Below are positions 50,826 through 59,642 of a DNA stretch of 64,000 nt, piece by piece. The notes beneath the pieces are model-generated. The model did no database searches, was not told where the DNA came from, and saw only the letters and a list, made by a program, of their open reading frames with translations. The DNA comes from Patescibacteria group bacterium (GTDB taxonomy: Bacteria > Patescibacteriota > Microgenomatia > UBA1400 > Chisholmbacteraceae): assembly GCA_022564195.1 (NCBI GenBank), contig JADFLW010000007.1:3667-67666 (forward strand), written 5' to 3'. The position numbers were made by a program, and so were the translations under genes. Numbering within the stretch: position 1 is the first letter of the stretch; each line of letters opens with the position of its first letter.

Positions 50826-51425
50826 ATGGCTGCCCGCAGACCGAATATTGATCTTTTGGCCCGAGAAGACTTCTCTCAACGCGCCCTTGGTCGTTTATTG
50901 CTTTGGGTTCTGACAGTCGGACGCTTCATTGTCATTTTTACGGAGCTTATCGTCATTGCTGGTTTCATTACCAGAGTTTTTCTTGATCGAAACCTTCATT
51001 CCGTCAACGAGGATCTTGTTGAGCAAAAAACGATTCTTGCCTCCTATCAACCTGTGGACCTTCGTTTCCGTCAAGTCCACCAGCAACTTCAATCGTATTC
51101 TCGCATTAATGAAGATCGGTTTGACATTTCAAAACTGTTGGATGATCTGATTACAATCGCGCCTCTTGATATGCGTTTTGAATCTTTGCATATAGATCCG
51201 CAGTCCGTGGATATTGTCGCCATTGCGCTTTCTCCAAGTGGCTTTTCGGCGTTTTTGACCCAACTCCAAGCGTTTCCAGACTTTAGCGATTTGGTTTTGG
51301 AATCTGTCGAAACTGGCAGTGCCCGAGATCCAAGCATCAAGTTTCGACTTACTGCGGACTTTAAGATCGCGGCAGTTCCAACCAGACCCGCGGAGACAAA
51401 TGTTTCTGGAGAAGCTATTGAGTAA
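50826..51425 (+). CDS. pilN: type IV pilus assembly protein PilN-like
   Basis: N-terminal PNIDLLAREDF, which resembles the INLLP motif. A single TM helix is followed by an extracytoplasmic domain; 199 aa. Confidence 0.6.
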   Translation: MAARRPNIDLLAREDFSQRALGRLLLWVLTVGRFIVIFTELIVIAGFITRVFLDRNLHSVNEDLVEQKTILASYQPVDLRFRQVHQQLQSYSRINEDRFDISKLLDDLITIAPLDMRFESLHIDPQSVDIVAIALSPSGFSAFLTQLQAFPDFSDLVLESVETGSARDPSIKFRLTADFKIAAVPTRPAETNVSGEAIE

Positions 51426-51436
51426 GGAGATTTGTT

Positions 51437-52099
51437 ATGGCTGCTGACTATCAGAAAACCTTCCGGCGCTATGGTCGTTTTTACAAAGGCGCGCGTAAGT
51501 ATATGCAGCGGAAGGAGGTTCTTGTTTCGACGAATGTCATGCTCACCCTTTTCGCCATTTCGTTCTTTGCGGTTTTTGCTATTCGGCCTACGGCATTGAC
51601 GATATCCAGGCTTTGGAGAGAAATTAAAGACAAAAAAACCGTTCAAGCAGTGCTTGAGGAGAAGATTGGTGATCTTTTAGAAGCGCAATCAGTACTAGTA
51701 TCGCTAGAGAATGATCTGGTTCTCCTTGATCATGCTATCCCTCCCACTGTGGAATTTTCTCGGCTGGTGCGTCTCGTCGAATACCTTGCTTCTACTCATG
51801 GATTGCAGATGCCTTCCAACCGTTTCAATGACATCGAGCTCTATGTTTCAGAAGAGACCGCGACCGCGTCTGCGGCGCAGATTGAAACACATTTGTTTAC
51901 CCTGGCGCTGAAGGGGTCATTTTCCGAGATACGGTCATTTGTTGCTGATCTTGAACGACTCGATCGCTTAATTTCCATCACCTCTGTTTCTGTCCAGCCC
52001 TCAAGAAAACAGGTGCGTGAAGGTGTCTTTATCTTAGAACTAGGATTGGATGCCGAGGCTTATTCATTTCCTGGAGGATCTCAATTAGACCAACAATAA
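51437..52099 (+). CDS. pilO: type IV pilus assembly protein PilO-like
   Basis: A TM helix, a coiled coil, and a C-terminal domain; its size and position follow pilN. Confidence 0.5.
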   Translation: MAADYQKTFRRYGRFYKGARKYMQRKEVLVSTNVMLTLFAISFFAVFAIRPTALTISRLWREIKDKKTVQAVLEEKIGDLLEAQSVLVSLENDLVLLDHAIPPTVEFSRLVRLVEYLASTHGLQMPSNRFNDIELYVSEETATASAAQIETHLFTLALKGSFSEIRSFVADLERLDRLISITSVSVQPSRKQVREGVFILELGLDAEAYSFPGGSQLDQQ

Positions 52100-52108
52100 T
52101 ACCAGGTT

Positions 52109-52453
52109 ATGCCATCACGCGACCGCCTACAACGCCAGCTCTTGGAACTTTCCATTGTCACGCTTGTGACTATTATCATCTGGACAGGCTATGAGGTTTA
52201 TAATGCACTCACCCAGCCAGTTGAGACGAGGGTGACGAAAGCTGAACTTCAACCCCTTCCTTCTTCATTGGATCTTGAACAGTTCGATCCATTGCGGGAT
52301 CGCCTTGTCATTGATGATGAGGCGATCGCTCGCTTTTCTTTTTCCTCCGATGAATTCCCTGAGGCCCCGGTAGTGCCAACTCCAACACCAACCGCTCCTT
52401 CCCCGGAAGCTACCCCTTCCTCCGAGGCCACACCTTCCGCCTCAACTCCATAA
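52109..52453 (+). CDS. small membrane protein with a Pro/Thr/Ser-rich C-terminal tail (pilus- or glycosylation-associated)
   Basis: An N-terminal TM helix (LELSIVTLVTIIIWTGY); the C-terminus is PTPTPTAPSPEATPSSEATPSASTP. Confidence 0.45.
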   Translation: MPSRDRLQRQLLELSIVTLVTIIIWTGYEVYNALTQPVETRVTKAELQPLPSSLDLEQFDPLRDRLVIDDEAIARFSFSSDEFPEAPVVPTPTPTAPSPEATPSSEATPSASTP

Positions 52454-52490
52454 ATGCCCAGTACCTTTCTCAATTTGCAGTTGAGAAAGG

Positions 52491-53297
52491 TTGAGGTTTA
52501 GTGCTAGGATTATTTCGATGCTGAAGAAACGGATCCCCACCATTCTTGGAATTCTCTTACTTATGGCGGGGATCACTGCTGGTGTTTATCTCGTTGAACT
52601 TGGTCCGCAACCACTCATCACCAAAGCCACTCCGGAAGTTGCTCCATCCCCACTTCCCGTTACCGATATTTCTGATGAGCCTGCCGGATCTGAAAGCCAA
52701 TTCTCCTTGGAATCTTTTCCGCAACCTTCAGTCGAAGAAGGCACAGTTACCATTGACTCACCCGGAGAAGGAGAGGCGATTAATACCCAACTTCCAGAGT
52801 TCTTTGGTGAAGGGCCCCCGGGAACAACGATAGAAATTACCCTTGAATCCCAGCACGAAATCCAAACCACAGTCGCCGTTGATACCACTGGGCAATGGTC
52901 ATGGGTTCCTGATACTGCCGTCGAGCCTGGTGAACACCTCCTGACCCTCAGATGGATCGATACAGGAGGCATTACTCGCACACTCACTCGGCGGTTCGTG
53001 GTTTTTGCGCAAGAAGAGAGCTCTCTGCCCGCCTTTGAAGCAACGCCTTCTGCTGTAACCCCCACTCCCACACCCGTTGAGCTTGCCGCTGTTACCCCAA
53101 CGCCAACCCCAATACCCACGCTGGCACCTGCCGCAACGCCGACTCCCATCCCCCCGACTCTTACACCTACGCCGGTGGCCACTGAGCCCGCACTTCCCGT
53201 TCCGGGAACGGGAATGCTAAGCGTTTGGATTATTTTTGCTGGTATTGGCCTTGCTATTTCGGGGGCTTTCCTTACGCTTCACAACCGAACGTCCTGA
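52491..53297 (+). CDS. surface protein with an Ig-like middle domain, a Pro/Thr-rich stalk and a C-terminal sorting-signal-like segment
   Basis: N-terminal signal/anchor; the PT-rich tract is TPTPTPVELAAVTPTPTPIPTLAPAATPTPIPPTLTPTPV. The C-terminus reads LPVPGTG, then a hydrophobic helix (MLSVWIIFAGIGLAISGAFLTL), then HNRTS. Confidence 0.55.
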   Translation: MRFSARIISMLKKRIPTILGILLLMAGITAGVYLVELGPQPLITKATPEVAPSPLPVTDISDEPAGSESQFSLESFPQPSVEEGTVTIDSPGEGEAINTQLPEFFGEGPPGTTIEITLESQHEIQTTVAVDTTGQWSWVPDTAVEPGEHLLTLRWIDTGGITRTLTRRFVVFAQEESSLPAFEATPSAVTPTPTPVELAAVTPTPTPIPTLAPAATPTPIPPTLTPTPVATEPALPVPGTGMLSVWIIFAGIGLAISGAFLTLHNRTS

Positions 53298-53417
53298 TCC
53301 ACTCGCTCTCCCTTCCTTTTGGCTGTTACAATACCTCTATCCACCTTTTCCCGACAAGCTTGCGCTGTTGGGATTCGGAGGATCTCGCATAATTTGTAGA
53401 ATGATAAGAGGAGCTCG

Positions 53418-54686
53418 ATGCGCGTAGGGATCGTTGGTGCTGGATTTGTCGGCTTGACTTGTGCATATCGGCTGGCACAAGCGGGTGTCGAAGTCGAGCT
53501 CTATGAGGCCGCAAGCCACAGCGGAGGTTTAGCCAGTGGGTTCTCTCTTCCCGGATGGAAGTGGCCACTGGAGCAATTCTACCATCATATCTTTTCCAAT
53601 GATCGCGCAATCATCCGTCTTTCTCGCGAAGTTGGCTGGCCTCCGATTTTTTTCCGACCGACAACCTCCATCTTTTTCAATGGTCGGATGTATCCGTTTG
53701 ACTCGGCTTTCCATCTTCTCCGCTTTCCTCAGCTTCCCCTCCATGCGAAGCTTCGCATGGGTATCGTGCTCGGGTTTCTTAAGCTTTCCCCGTTTTGGAA
53801 GCCCCTTGAGCGTATCCCGGCACATGACTTTTTGATTCAGACAATGGGTGTTCGTGGTTATGAGGCAATTTGGCAGCCCCTTTTGGTTGGCAAGTTCGGT
53901 CCTTGGGCCCGCGACGTTAATGCCGCATGGTTTTGGGCAAGGATTCATAAACGGACTGCGCGGTTAGGATATTTCCGTCGCGGTTTTCAGGGACTGGCTA
54001 ATCGACTCCATGAATCCATCGTAAACAATGGAGGCGGTATTCATCTTCACTCACCCGTTTCAGCCATCCGTAAAGCAGGCGCACATCTTGCCCTTTCCTC
54101 AACGTTGGGAACGGAGCGATTCGATCGAGTCATCGTCACGACGAGTACGCCGCTGTTTTTAAAGATGGTTAAGGGCTTGCCGAGCCGTTATCGATCGCGG
54201 CTTGGGCGGCTGCGGTCTCTGGATGCGTTGGTGGTGATCCTCATTCTTAAAACACCGGTTATGGATGGTGTGTATTGGCTGAATGTTACTGACCAGCGTC
54301 TTCCCTTTGTGGGAGTGATGGAGCACACGAATATGATTGACCCGAAATACTATGGCGGAAATCACATTGTCTATCTTGGCACGTATCTTCCTCCCGACCA
54401 CCGATACTTTCTGCTGTCGAAAGATGCAGTTGTCCGGTTGGCTATACAGCAACTTAAAGCACTCACACGGAATTTTGACGAATCCGATATCGTGGAAACT
54501 CGCGTCCATCGCGGGCGTGGAGCCCAACCTATTATTCCTGTCAACTATTCTCGACTTCGTCCAACGATGGAAACGCCAATTGATCATCTTTTCCTTGCAA
54601 ATATGAGCCTGGTCTATCCATGGGATCGCGGGACGAATTATGCCGTCGAGTTAGGGGAAAGGGCCTACCGGACTCTACTTTCATGA
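53418..54686 (+). CDS. FAD/NAD(P)-binding oxidoreductase of the Glf/amine-oxidase superfamily (UDP-galactopyranose mutase-like)
   Basis: Rossmann N-terminus (RVGIVGAGFVGLTCAYRLAQAG). HHIFSNDRAI resembles the HIFHTNDK motif of Glf. GYEAIWQ resembles GYTEKQW. Confidence 0.5.
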   Translation: MRVGIVGAGFVGLTCAYRLAQAGVEVELYEAASHSGGLASGFSLPGWKWPLEQFYHHIFSNDRAIIRLSREVGWPPIFFRPTTSIFFNGRMYPFDSAFHLLRFPQLPLHAKLRMGIVLGFLKLSPFWKPLERIPAHDFLIQTMGVRGYEAIWQPLLVGKFGPWARDVNAAWFWARIHKRTARLGYFRRGFQGLANRLHESIVNNGGGIHLHSPVSAIRKAGAHLALSSTLGTERFDRVIVTTSTPLFLKMVKGLPSRYRSRLGRLRSLDALVVILILKTPVMDGVYWLNVTDQRLPFVGVMEHTNMIDPKYYGGNHIVYLGTYLPPDHRYFLLSKDAVVRLAIQQLKALTRNFDESDIVETRVHRGRGAQPIIPVNYSRLRPTMETPIDHLFLANMSLVYPWDRGTNYAVELGERAYRTLLS

Positions 54687-56395
54687 AACGTATGGGGCGA
54701 GTGTTTGTTTTTTTTAAGTCTTCTCATTTAAGCCTCTACTCTGCTGGTTTAATTCTCCTCACCGCTTTGGGTGGGTTTTTACGCTTCTATAGCCTTGATT
54801 GGGACTCGGGACTTTTTTTTCATCCAGATGAGCGCAACATTGCCGCTGCTGTCTCGCGGATTCACTTCTTCGATCAACTCGATCCCGGTTTTTTCGCTTA
54901 TGGTGGACTGCTCATCTATACCTATAGAGCTGTGGGTGAGCTTGTCTCCTTCATTACTCAAGATCCCTCTTGGGTCTCTTCATGGGGCAATATCAACATC
55001 ATAGGACGGTTTACATCGGCACTTTTTTCAACCTTGACTATTCCTGCTGTGTACCTGCTCACAAGAACCGTGTTTGAAAAGAAGATTCTTGCTCTTTTTG
55101 CAAGCTTGATCGCGGCTTTTACTGTGAGCTTTATCCAAACCGCCCATTATGCAACGACTGAGAGTCTTTTGACTTTCCTTTCCGTTGTCCTCGCTCTTTT
55201 ATCACTTCGGTTGCTCAGAAGACCCACTCTTCCGTCTTATCTTGTCTGTGGGCTTGTTTATGGACTGGCAGTGGCAACCAAAATGAGCGGTTTGTCAATT
55301 CTTGTCTTTCCACTTACCGCCCATCTTCTTGTCGTTTTTGGTCAAGCGCGCAGCTTGCGAGTGTTTTTTCATAACGGTTTGTTGCTGATTGCTTTTCTTG
55401 CGATCAGCGGTCTTGTTTTTGTTGTTTTTTCTCCCTATACGTTTTTGGACTGGGGTGCTTTTATGGAGTCGATGCGCTATGAATCAAGGGTGGCAACAGG
55501 GAAATACTCCGTCCCTTACACCCTGCAATTCACCCATACACTGCCGTACCTATTCCAGCTAAAAAATCTGTTTTGGCAACTGGGGCCTATTGCTTTCTTC
55601 TCCATCTTTGGATTCGTCCTGCTTCCCTTCGTTTGGGGCCGTAGAAATCCTGCGAAGCTTCTACTCTTTTTTTCCTTTCCGACCATCTATTTTCTTTATG
55701 TCGGTTCCTGGCATGCCAAATTCATCCGTTTCATGGTTCCGATTTTGCCATTCTTGATTATTGCTGCAAGTGTTGTGCTTTTTTCTCTTTACTCAAGACG
55801 GAAGCTTGTTGGAGGTGGGTTCATCGTTTTGCTTTCAGTTTCGACCGTTCTTTGGGCCCTTGCCTTTTTCTCCATCTATAGAAGAGAACAAACACGTATT
55901 GCGGCATCAAGATGGATATACCAACATATTCCTTCTGGCAGCAGGATCTTCGGCGAGCATTGGGATGACGGTCTGCCGGTTTCTTTACCTCACTCGGATC
56001 TCTCTCCCTCTCGATATGATATCGAGCAACTCACCATCTACGAGCCCGATACCGAAGAAAAGCTTGACTACTTTGCAGAAAAATTGTCTCTGGCCGATTA
56101 CCTTGTGATTAACAGCAGAAGGCTTTATGGCACCTTGATTCATCTAGAAGAGCGCTATCCTCTCACGAGTCGGTACTACAGCCTTTTATTCTCCGGGAAG
56201 CTTGGGTACGAGAAAGTGGCGGAATTTACCTCTTACCCGTCTCTCTTTGGGGTGACGATCAATGACGATGCAAGTGAGGAGACGTTCCAAGTCTATGATC
56301 ATCCAAAAGTCATGATCTTTGCCAAAACGAGACTGCAGACCCAAGATCGTTTCGCTGAACTGCTTCGTGATGAGGTGTTCCCGACCCTTCGGTAA
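54683..56395 (+). CDS. GT-C fold glycosyltransferase, PMT_2/ArnT-like (GT39/GT83-type, polyprenyl-phosphate-sugar dependent)
   Basis: Multi-pass membrane protein with an FFHPDERN first-loop acidic motif. Its ATG overlaps the upstream stop codon (ATGA). Confidence 0.6.
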   Translation: MKRMGRVFVFFKSSHLSLYSAGLILLTALGGFLRFYSLDWDSGLFFHPDERNIAAAVSRIHFFDQLDPGFFAYGGLLIYTYRAVGELVSFITQDPSWVSSWGNINIIGRFTSALFSTLTIPAVYLLTRTVFEKKILALFASLIAAFTVSFIQTAHYATTESLLTFLSVVLALLSLRLLRRPTLPSYLVCGLVYGLAVATKMSGLSILVFPLTAHLLVVFGQARSLRVFFHNGLLLIAFLAISGLVFVVFSPYTFLDWGAFMESMRYESRVATGKYSVPYTLQFTHTLPYLFQLKNLFWQLGPIAFFSIFGFVLLPFVWGRRNPAKLLLFFSFPTIYFLYVGSWHAKFIRFMVPILPFLIIAASVVLFSLYSRRKLVGGGFIVLLSVSTVLWALAFFSIYRREQTRIAASRWIYQHIPSGSRIFGEHWDDGLPVSLPHSDLSPSRYDIEQLTIYEPDTEEKLDYFAEKLSLADYLVINSRRLYGTLIHLEERYPLTSRYYSLLFSGKLGYEKVAEFTSYPSLFGVTINDDASEETFQVYDHPKVMIFAKTRLQTQDRFAELLRDEVFPTLR

Positions 56396-56406
56396 CGAGC
56401 GTTTTT

Positions 56407-58554
56407 TTGACCGCTTTGCATCTTTCATCTTCCTCTATACAATATGTGGGCATTCGTATGCATGAGCTGGTGAATACATTTTCCTGGTGGGCTGTTCTTT
56501 CCGGTCTTGGGATTTTGGCCTTTCCTATCACCTATTGGCTGTTTGGTCGATTTTGGGATCGTGGCTGGGCATTTGCAAAGATCTTAGGGCTTGGGCTGCT
56601 CACGTACTGGGTGTGGATTGTGGGAAGTTTGCGAATTCTTGCATTCGAAACATTCACCCTCTGGATTGGTATTGTTCTTATTGGATATCTTTCCTATCTC
56701 GTTTGGTCCAAGCATCAAGAATCTTTATGGAATTTTGTTCAGGATCATTGGCGTTTGATCGTGTTTGAGGAGTTCCTTTTTGGTATCGGTCTCTTGTTCT
56801 GGTCTTGGGTGCGGGCTCATCAGCCGGACATCAATGGCCTTGAAAAATTCATGGATTTCGGATTTGTCAATTCTCTTTTACGTACACGCTTCTTTCCTCC
56901 GCCCGATATGTGGCTAGCGGGGGAGACCATCAACTATTACTACTTCGGACATCTAGTAGTTGGGGTTGTTACCAAACTCTCAGGGATTTCCTCGGCTGTG
57001 ACGTATAACCTTATGATCGCCACTCTTCTGGGACTTGCTTTTACCGGGGCTTTTTCCTTGGGCGGAACATTGGCTCAGCACGTCATTCCGACTTTGACAC
57101 GGAAGCGGCGATTCAGCTTCATGATTCTGGCTGGTTTGACTTCTGGATTGGTGTTCACGTTCGCTGGCAATTTACACACTGTTGTCACCGTCATCTCCAA
57201 GGGAGCTGATTCATACTGGTACCCCGATGCCACTCGCTACATTCCCTACACCATCCACGAGTTCCCGCTCTACAGCTTCGTTGTTTCGGATTTGCATGGC
57301 CATGTTAACAATATTCCCTTTGTCCTTTTGATGCTGGCACTTTTGCTTAGCTTTCTTCTGGAACATGGAAATCGGTGGCGTTTTTCTTTCCGTTCGCCAT
57401 CGGTCTATTGGCGCTTGATTGCCTTGGGTCTGACGTTTGGGATTCTTTACATGACCAACGCCATGGACGCGCCAATTTATCTTTTTCTTGTTGGTATGAG
57501 CTTTCTTGTTTCGATAATTGGCAAGCGTCCATTAAAAAAAGCTGTTTTGGCCTCCGGGCTCGCTTTTGGGATCATTGTGTTCTCTGCTTTCGTCCTTTCT
57601 CTTCCGTTTCATCTTTCTTTTACCCCTTTCACTCAAGGTGTTGCTTTCGTGGAGGCTCGTTCTTCCATCCTGAAGCTTTTGGTTCTGTGGGGTTTCTTTT
57701 TATTTGTCGGTTTGGTGTTTGTTCTTCTTGTTCTCCAACAACGTTTCCAGCGCCATTCTCGCAAGCCTTTTCTCAATGTCTTGCTTCGTCGGTTCATGCT
57801 TGCTGTCTTTGCAACCGCAGTTGTCTTGGTCGTCATTCCAGAATTTGTTTACTTCAAAGACATCTATATTGCTGAATTTCATCGGGCGAATACGATGTTC
57901 AAATTGGTGTATCAGTCTTTCGTTCTGATGTCTTTGATGACAGGGCCAGTGTTTGTTGTGTTGCTCTGGCGTTTTACCACTTCAAGTGGTCGGCTTTTGC
58001 GCTTTGGGCTTTTGGCTTTGGTTTTCGCATTTATTGTTGGCTTGGGGAGTGTGTTGATGTACCCGTATTTTGCGGTGCACTCCTACTACAATCGCCTGCA
58101 AACGCTTCAGGGTCTCGATGGTCTATCTTGGATGGCGCGTCGCTATCCTGATGATTATGCTGCTATTTCTTGGCTGCGTGATGAGGTTTCCGGTCAACCG
58201 GTTATCGCGGAAGCCGTGGGCGAGAGTTATACCGATTTTGCGCGGGTTTCGGCGAATACCGGATTACCCACGGTTCTCGGGTGGCGGGTGCACGAATGGT
58301 TGTGGAGAGGCAGCTTTGATGAGCCGGGCCTTCGCACGGGTGAGGTTGAGAGGCTTTATACCACAGCGGATCTCCACGATGCCTGTGCCATTATTGAAAA
58401 GTATAGGATTGCGTATGTTTTCGTTGGTGCTTTGGAGCGCCAACAATACTCTAGACTCAATGAAGACAAGTTTAGCCGGATTGGAAACGAAGTGTTCTCT
58501 CAAGGAGATACACGGATTTATAGGATGCGCACTCCTTGTGGTGTCTCTTCCTAG
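56407..58554 (+). CDS. DUF2298 (Chlor_Arch_YYY) domain membrane protein, GT-C-like
   Basis: 715 aa, highly hydrophobic, with the hallmark INYYYFGH motif and a C-terminal soluble domain. Confidence 0.6.
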   Translation: MTALHLSSSSIQYVGIRMHELVNTFSWWAVLSGLGILAFPITYWLFGRFWDRGWAFAKILGLGLLTYWVWIVGSLRILAFETFTLWIGIVLIGYLSYLVWSKHQESLWNFVQDHWRLIVFEEFLFGIGLLFWSWVRAHQPDINGLEKFMDFGFVNSLLRTRFFPPPDMWLAGETINYYYFGHLVVGVVTKLSGISSAVTYNLMIATLLGLAFTGAFSLGGTLAQHVIPTLTRKRRFSFMILAGLTSGLVFTFAGNLHTVVTVISKGADSYWYPDATRYIPYTIHEFPLYSFVVSDLHGHVNNIPFVLLMLALLLSFLLEHGNRWRFSFRSPSVYWRLIALGLTFGILYMTNAMDAPIYLFLVGMSFLVSIIGKRPLKKAVLASGLAFGIIVFSAFVLSLPFHLSFTPFTQGVAFVEARSSILKLLVLWGFFLFVGLVFVLLVLQQRFQRHSRKPFLNVLLRRFMLAVFATAVVLVVIPEFVYFKDIYIAEFHRANTMFKLVYQSFVLMSLMTGPVFVVLLWRFTTSSGRLLRFGLLALVFAFIVGLGSVLMYPYFAVHSYYNRLQTLQGLDGLSWMARRYPDDYAAISWLRDEVSGQPVIAEAVGESYTDFARVSANTGLPTVLGWRVHEWLWRGSFDEPGLRTGEVERLYTTADLHDACAIIEKYRIAYVFVGALERQQYSRLNEDKFSRIGNEVFSQGDTRIYRMRTPCGVSS

Positions 58555-59642
58555 TTCGCGTTGCTGGTCATGTTTTCGTAGAATAATGAGTCCACGTAGC
58601 TGTGGACCTCGTCCCAACTCCCGCCTCTACCAATGAGCACCCATTGTCCATCATATTCTGCCGGTGGCGGATTGACGAGTAGGCCCTCTTCTCCAGTTTC
58701 CTGGTCTTGCTCCTTAAGAATACCGTATCGCAGGTTTTCTCTCCGGGGTTGTATGGCAAGTTTGGCAAGGCTTACGTATTCGGCTTCACCAAGATCCGTC
58801 CTTACTGATCCTGTGTATGTTTGGACTAACTCTTTGATTTTTGTCGGAGAGAGTATGGTTTCCAAACTCAGTAGCTTGTTTTTGAATGCCGCGAGTACTT
58901 GCTGTTGGCGTTGAGCGCGGGCAAAGTCTGTTCCCTGAGGTCCCTTAGCGTTGCGGGATCGAACGTACTTTAAGGCTCGCTCTCCACTCATGTTTTGTGA
59001 ACCGCTATCGAAGCGCAGATGTTCGTAGCGAAGCTCCTCGGGCTCTGCGTCTTCCATCCCGGGGATGGGATATTTGTAATCGTCAAAGGTTTCGGGAACA
59101 TTGATTTTTATCCCTCCAACGAGATCGATGGCGTGTTTGAAGCCGTCAAAATCGATGCTGACCGCGTAATGGACGGGTTGGCCAATGATCTCTTCCACCG
59201 CAGCTTTAGCAAGCACCAGTCCCCCGCCTTCTTGTCTCTGCTCGCCGTAGTAGTAGGTCGCGTTTATCTTGGTTTTCAATGAATTGATCCAGATATCCCT
59301 CGGGATTGAGAGAACCAGGCTGTCGGTTGAGGCTAAATCGACTGAGACGACGATGATGCTATCGGTCAACTCTGCTCCTTTGTGATCAACACCGCCCATT
59401 CCCAACAGTACGATATTCGTTCTTGAGCGGGTTGAGCGGAGCACACCTTCCGGATTCTTCACTAGAGAAAAGACAGTTGCCGGTCCGCGGGCAAGCTTTA
59501 CTACCATGGTCAATGCGGGTCGGATCGCCGCATAGACAGCAACGATCACCGCTGCCAGTGTGGTTGTTACGATCAGCGTGCGTACCGCGGTTCGGTGTCT
59601 CGTTAAGCGTCGTTTCAGCTTTCCTACCCAGTACTTTCTCAT
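58551..59642 (-). CDS. LCP family (LytR-CpsA-Psr) glycopolymer phosphotransferase
   Basis: TM anchor followed by NIVLLGMGGVD...SIIVVSVD...LSIPRD...KINATYYYG...VSIDFDGFKHAIDLVGGIKINV, the LCP core. The likely ATG at 59642 forms an ATGA overlap with the tpiA stop. Confidence 0.85.
   Translation of the reverse strand: MRKYWVGKLKRRLTRHRTAVRTLIVTTTLAAVIVAVYAAIRPALTMVVKLARGPATVFSLVKNPEGVLRSTRSRTNIVLLGMGGVDHKGAELTDSIIVVSVDLASTDSLVLSIPRDIWINSLKTKINATYYYGEQRQEGGGLVLAKAAVEEIIGQPVHYAVSIDFDGFKHAIDLVGGIKINVPETFDDYKYPIPGMEDAEPEELRYEHLRFDSGSQNMSGERALKYVRSRNAKGPQGTDFARAQRQQQVLAAFKNKLLSLETILSPTKIKELVQTYTGSVRTDLGEAEYVSLAKLAIQPRRENLRYGILKEQDQETGEEGLLVNPPPAEYDGQWVLIGRGGSWDEVHSYVDSLFYENMTSNAN

Noticed and set aside
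52586-53182. 198-aa minus-strand ORF (G/V/A-rich), and 24349-24972 (207 aa, Ser-rich) on the plus strand
   Set aside because: They are the reverse-complement readings of the Pro/Thr-rich and Glu/Lys-rich low-complexity tracts of the genes I called on the opposite strand. The called genes have signal/TM segments and recognisable domains.
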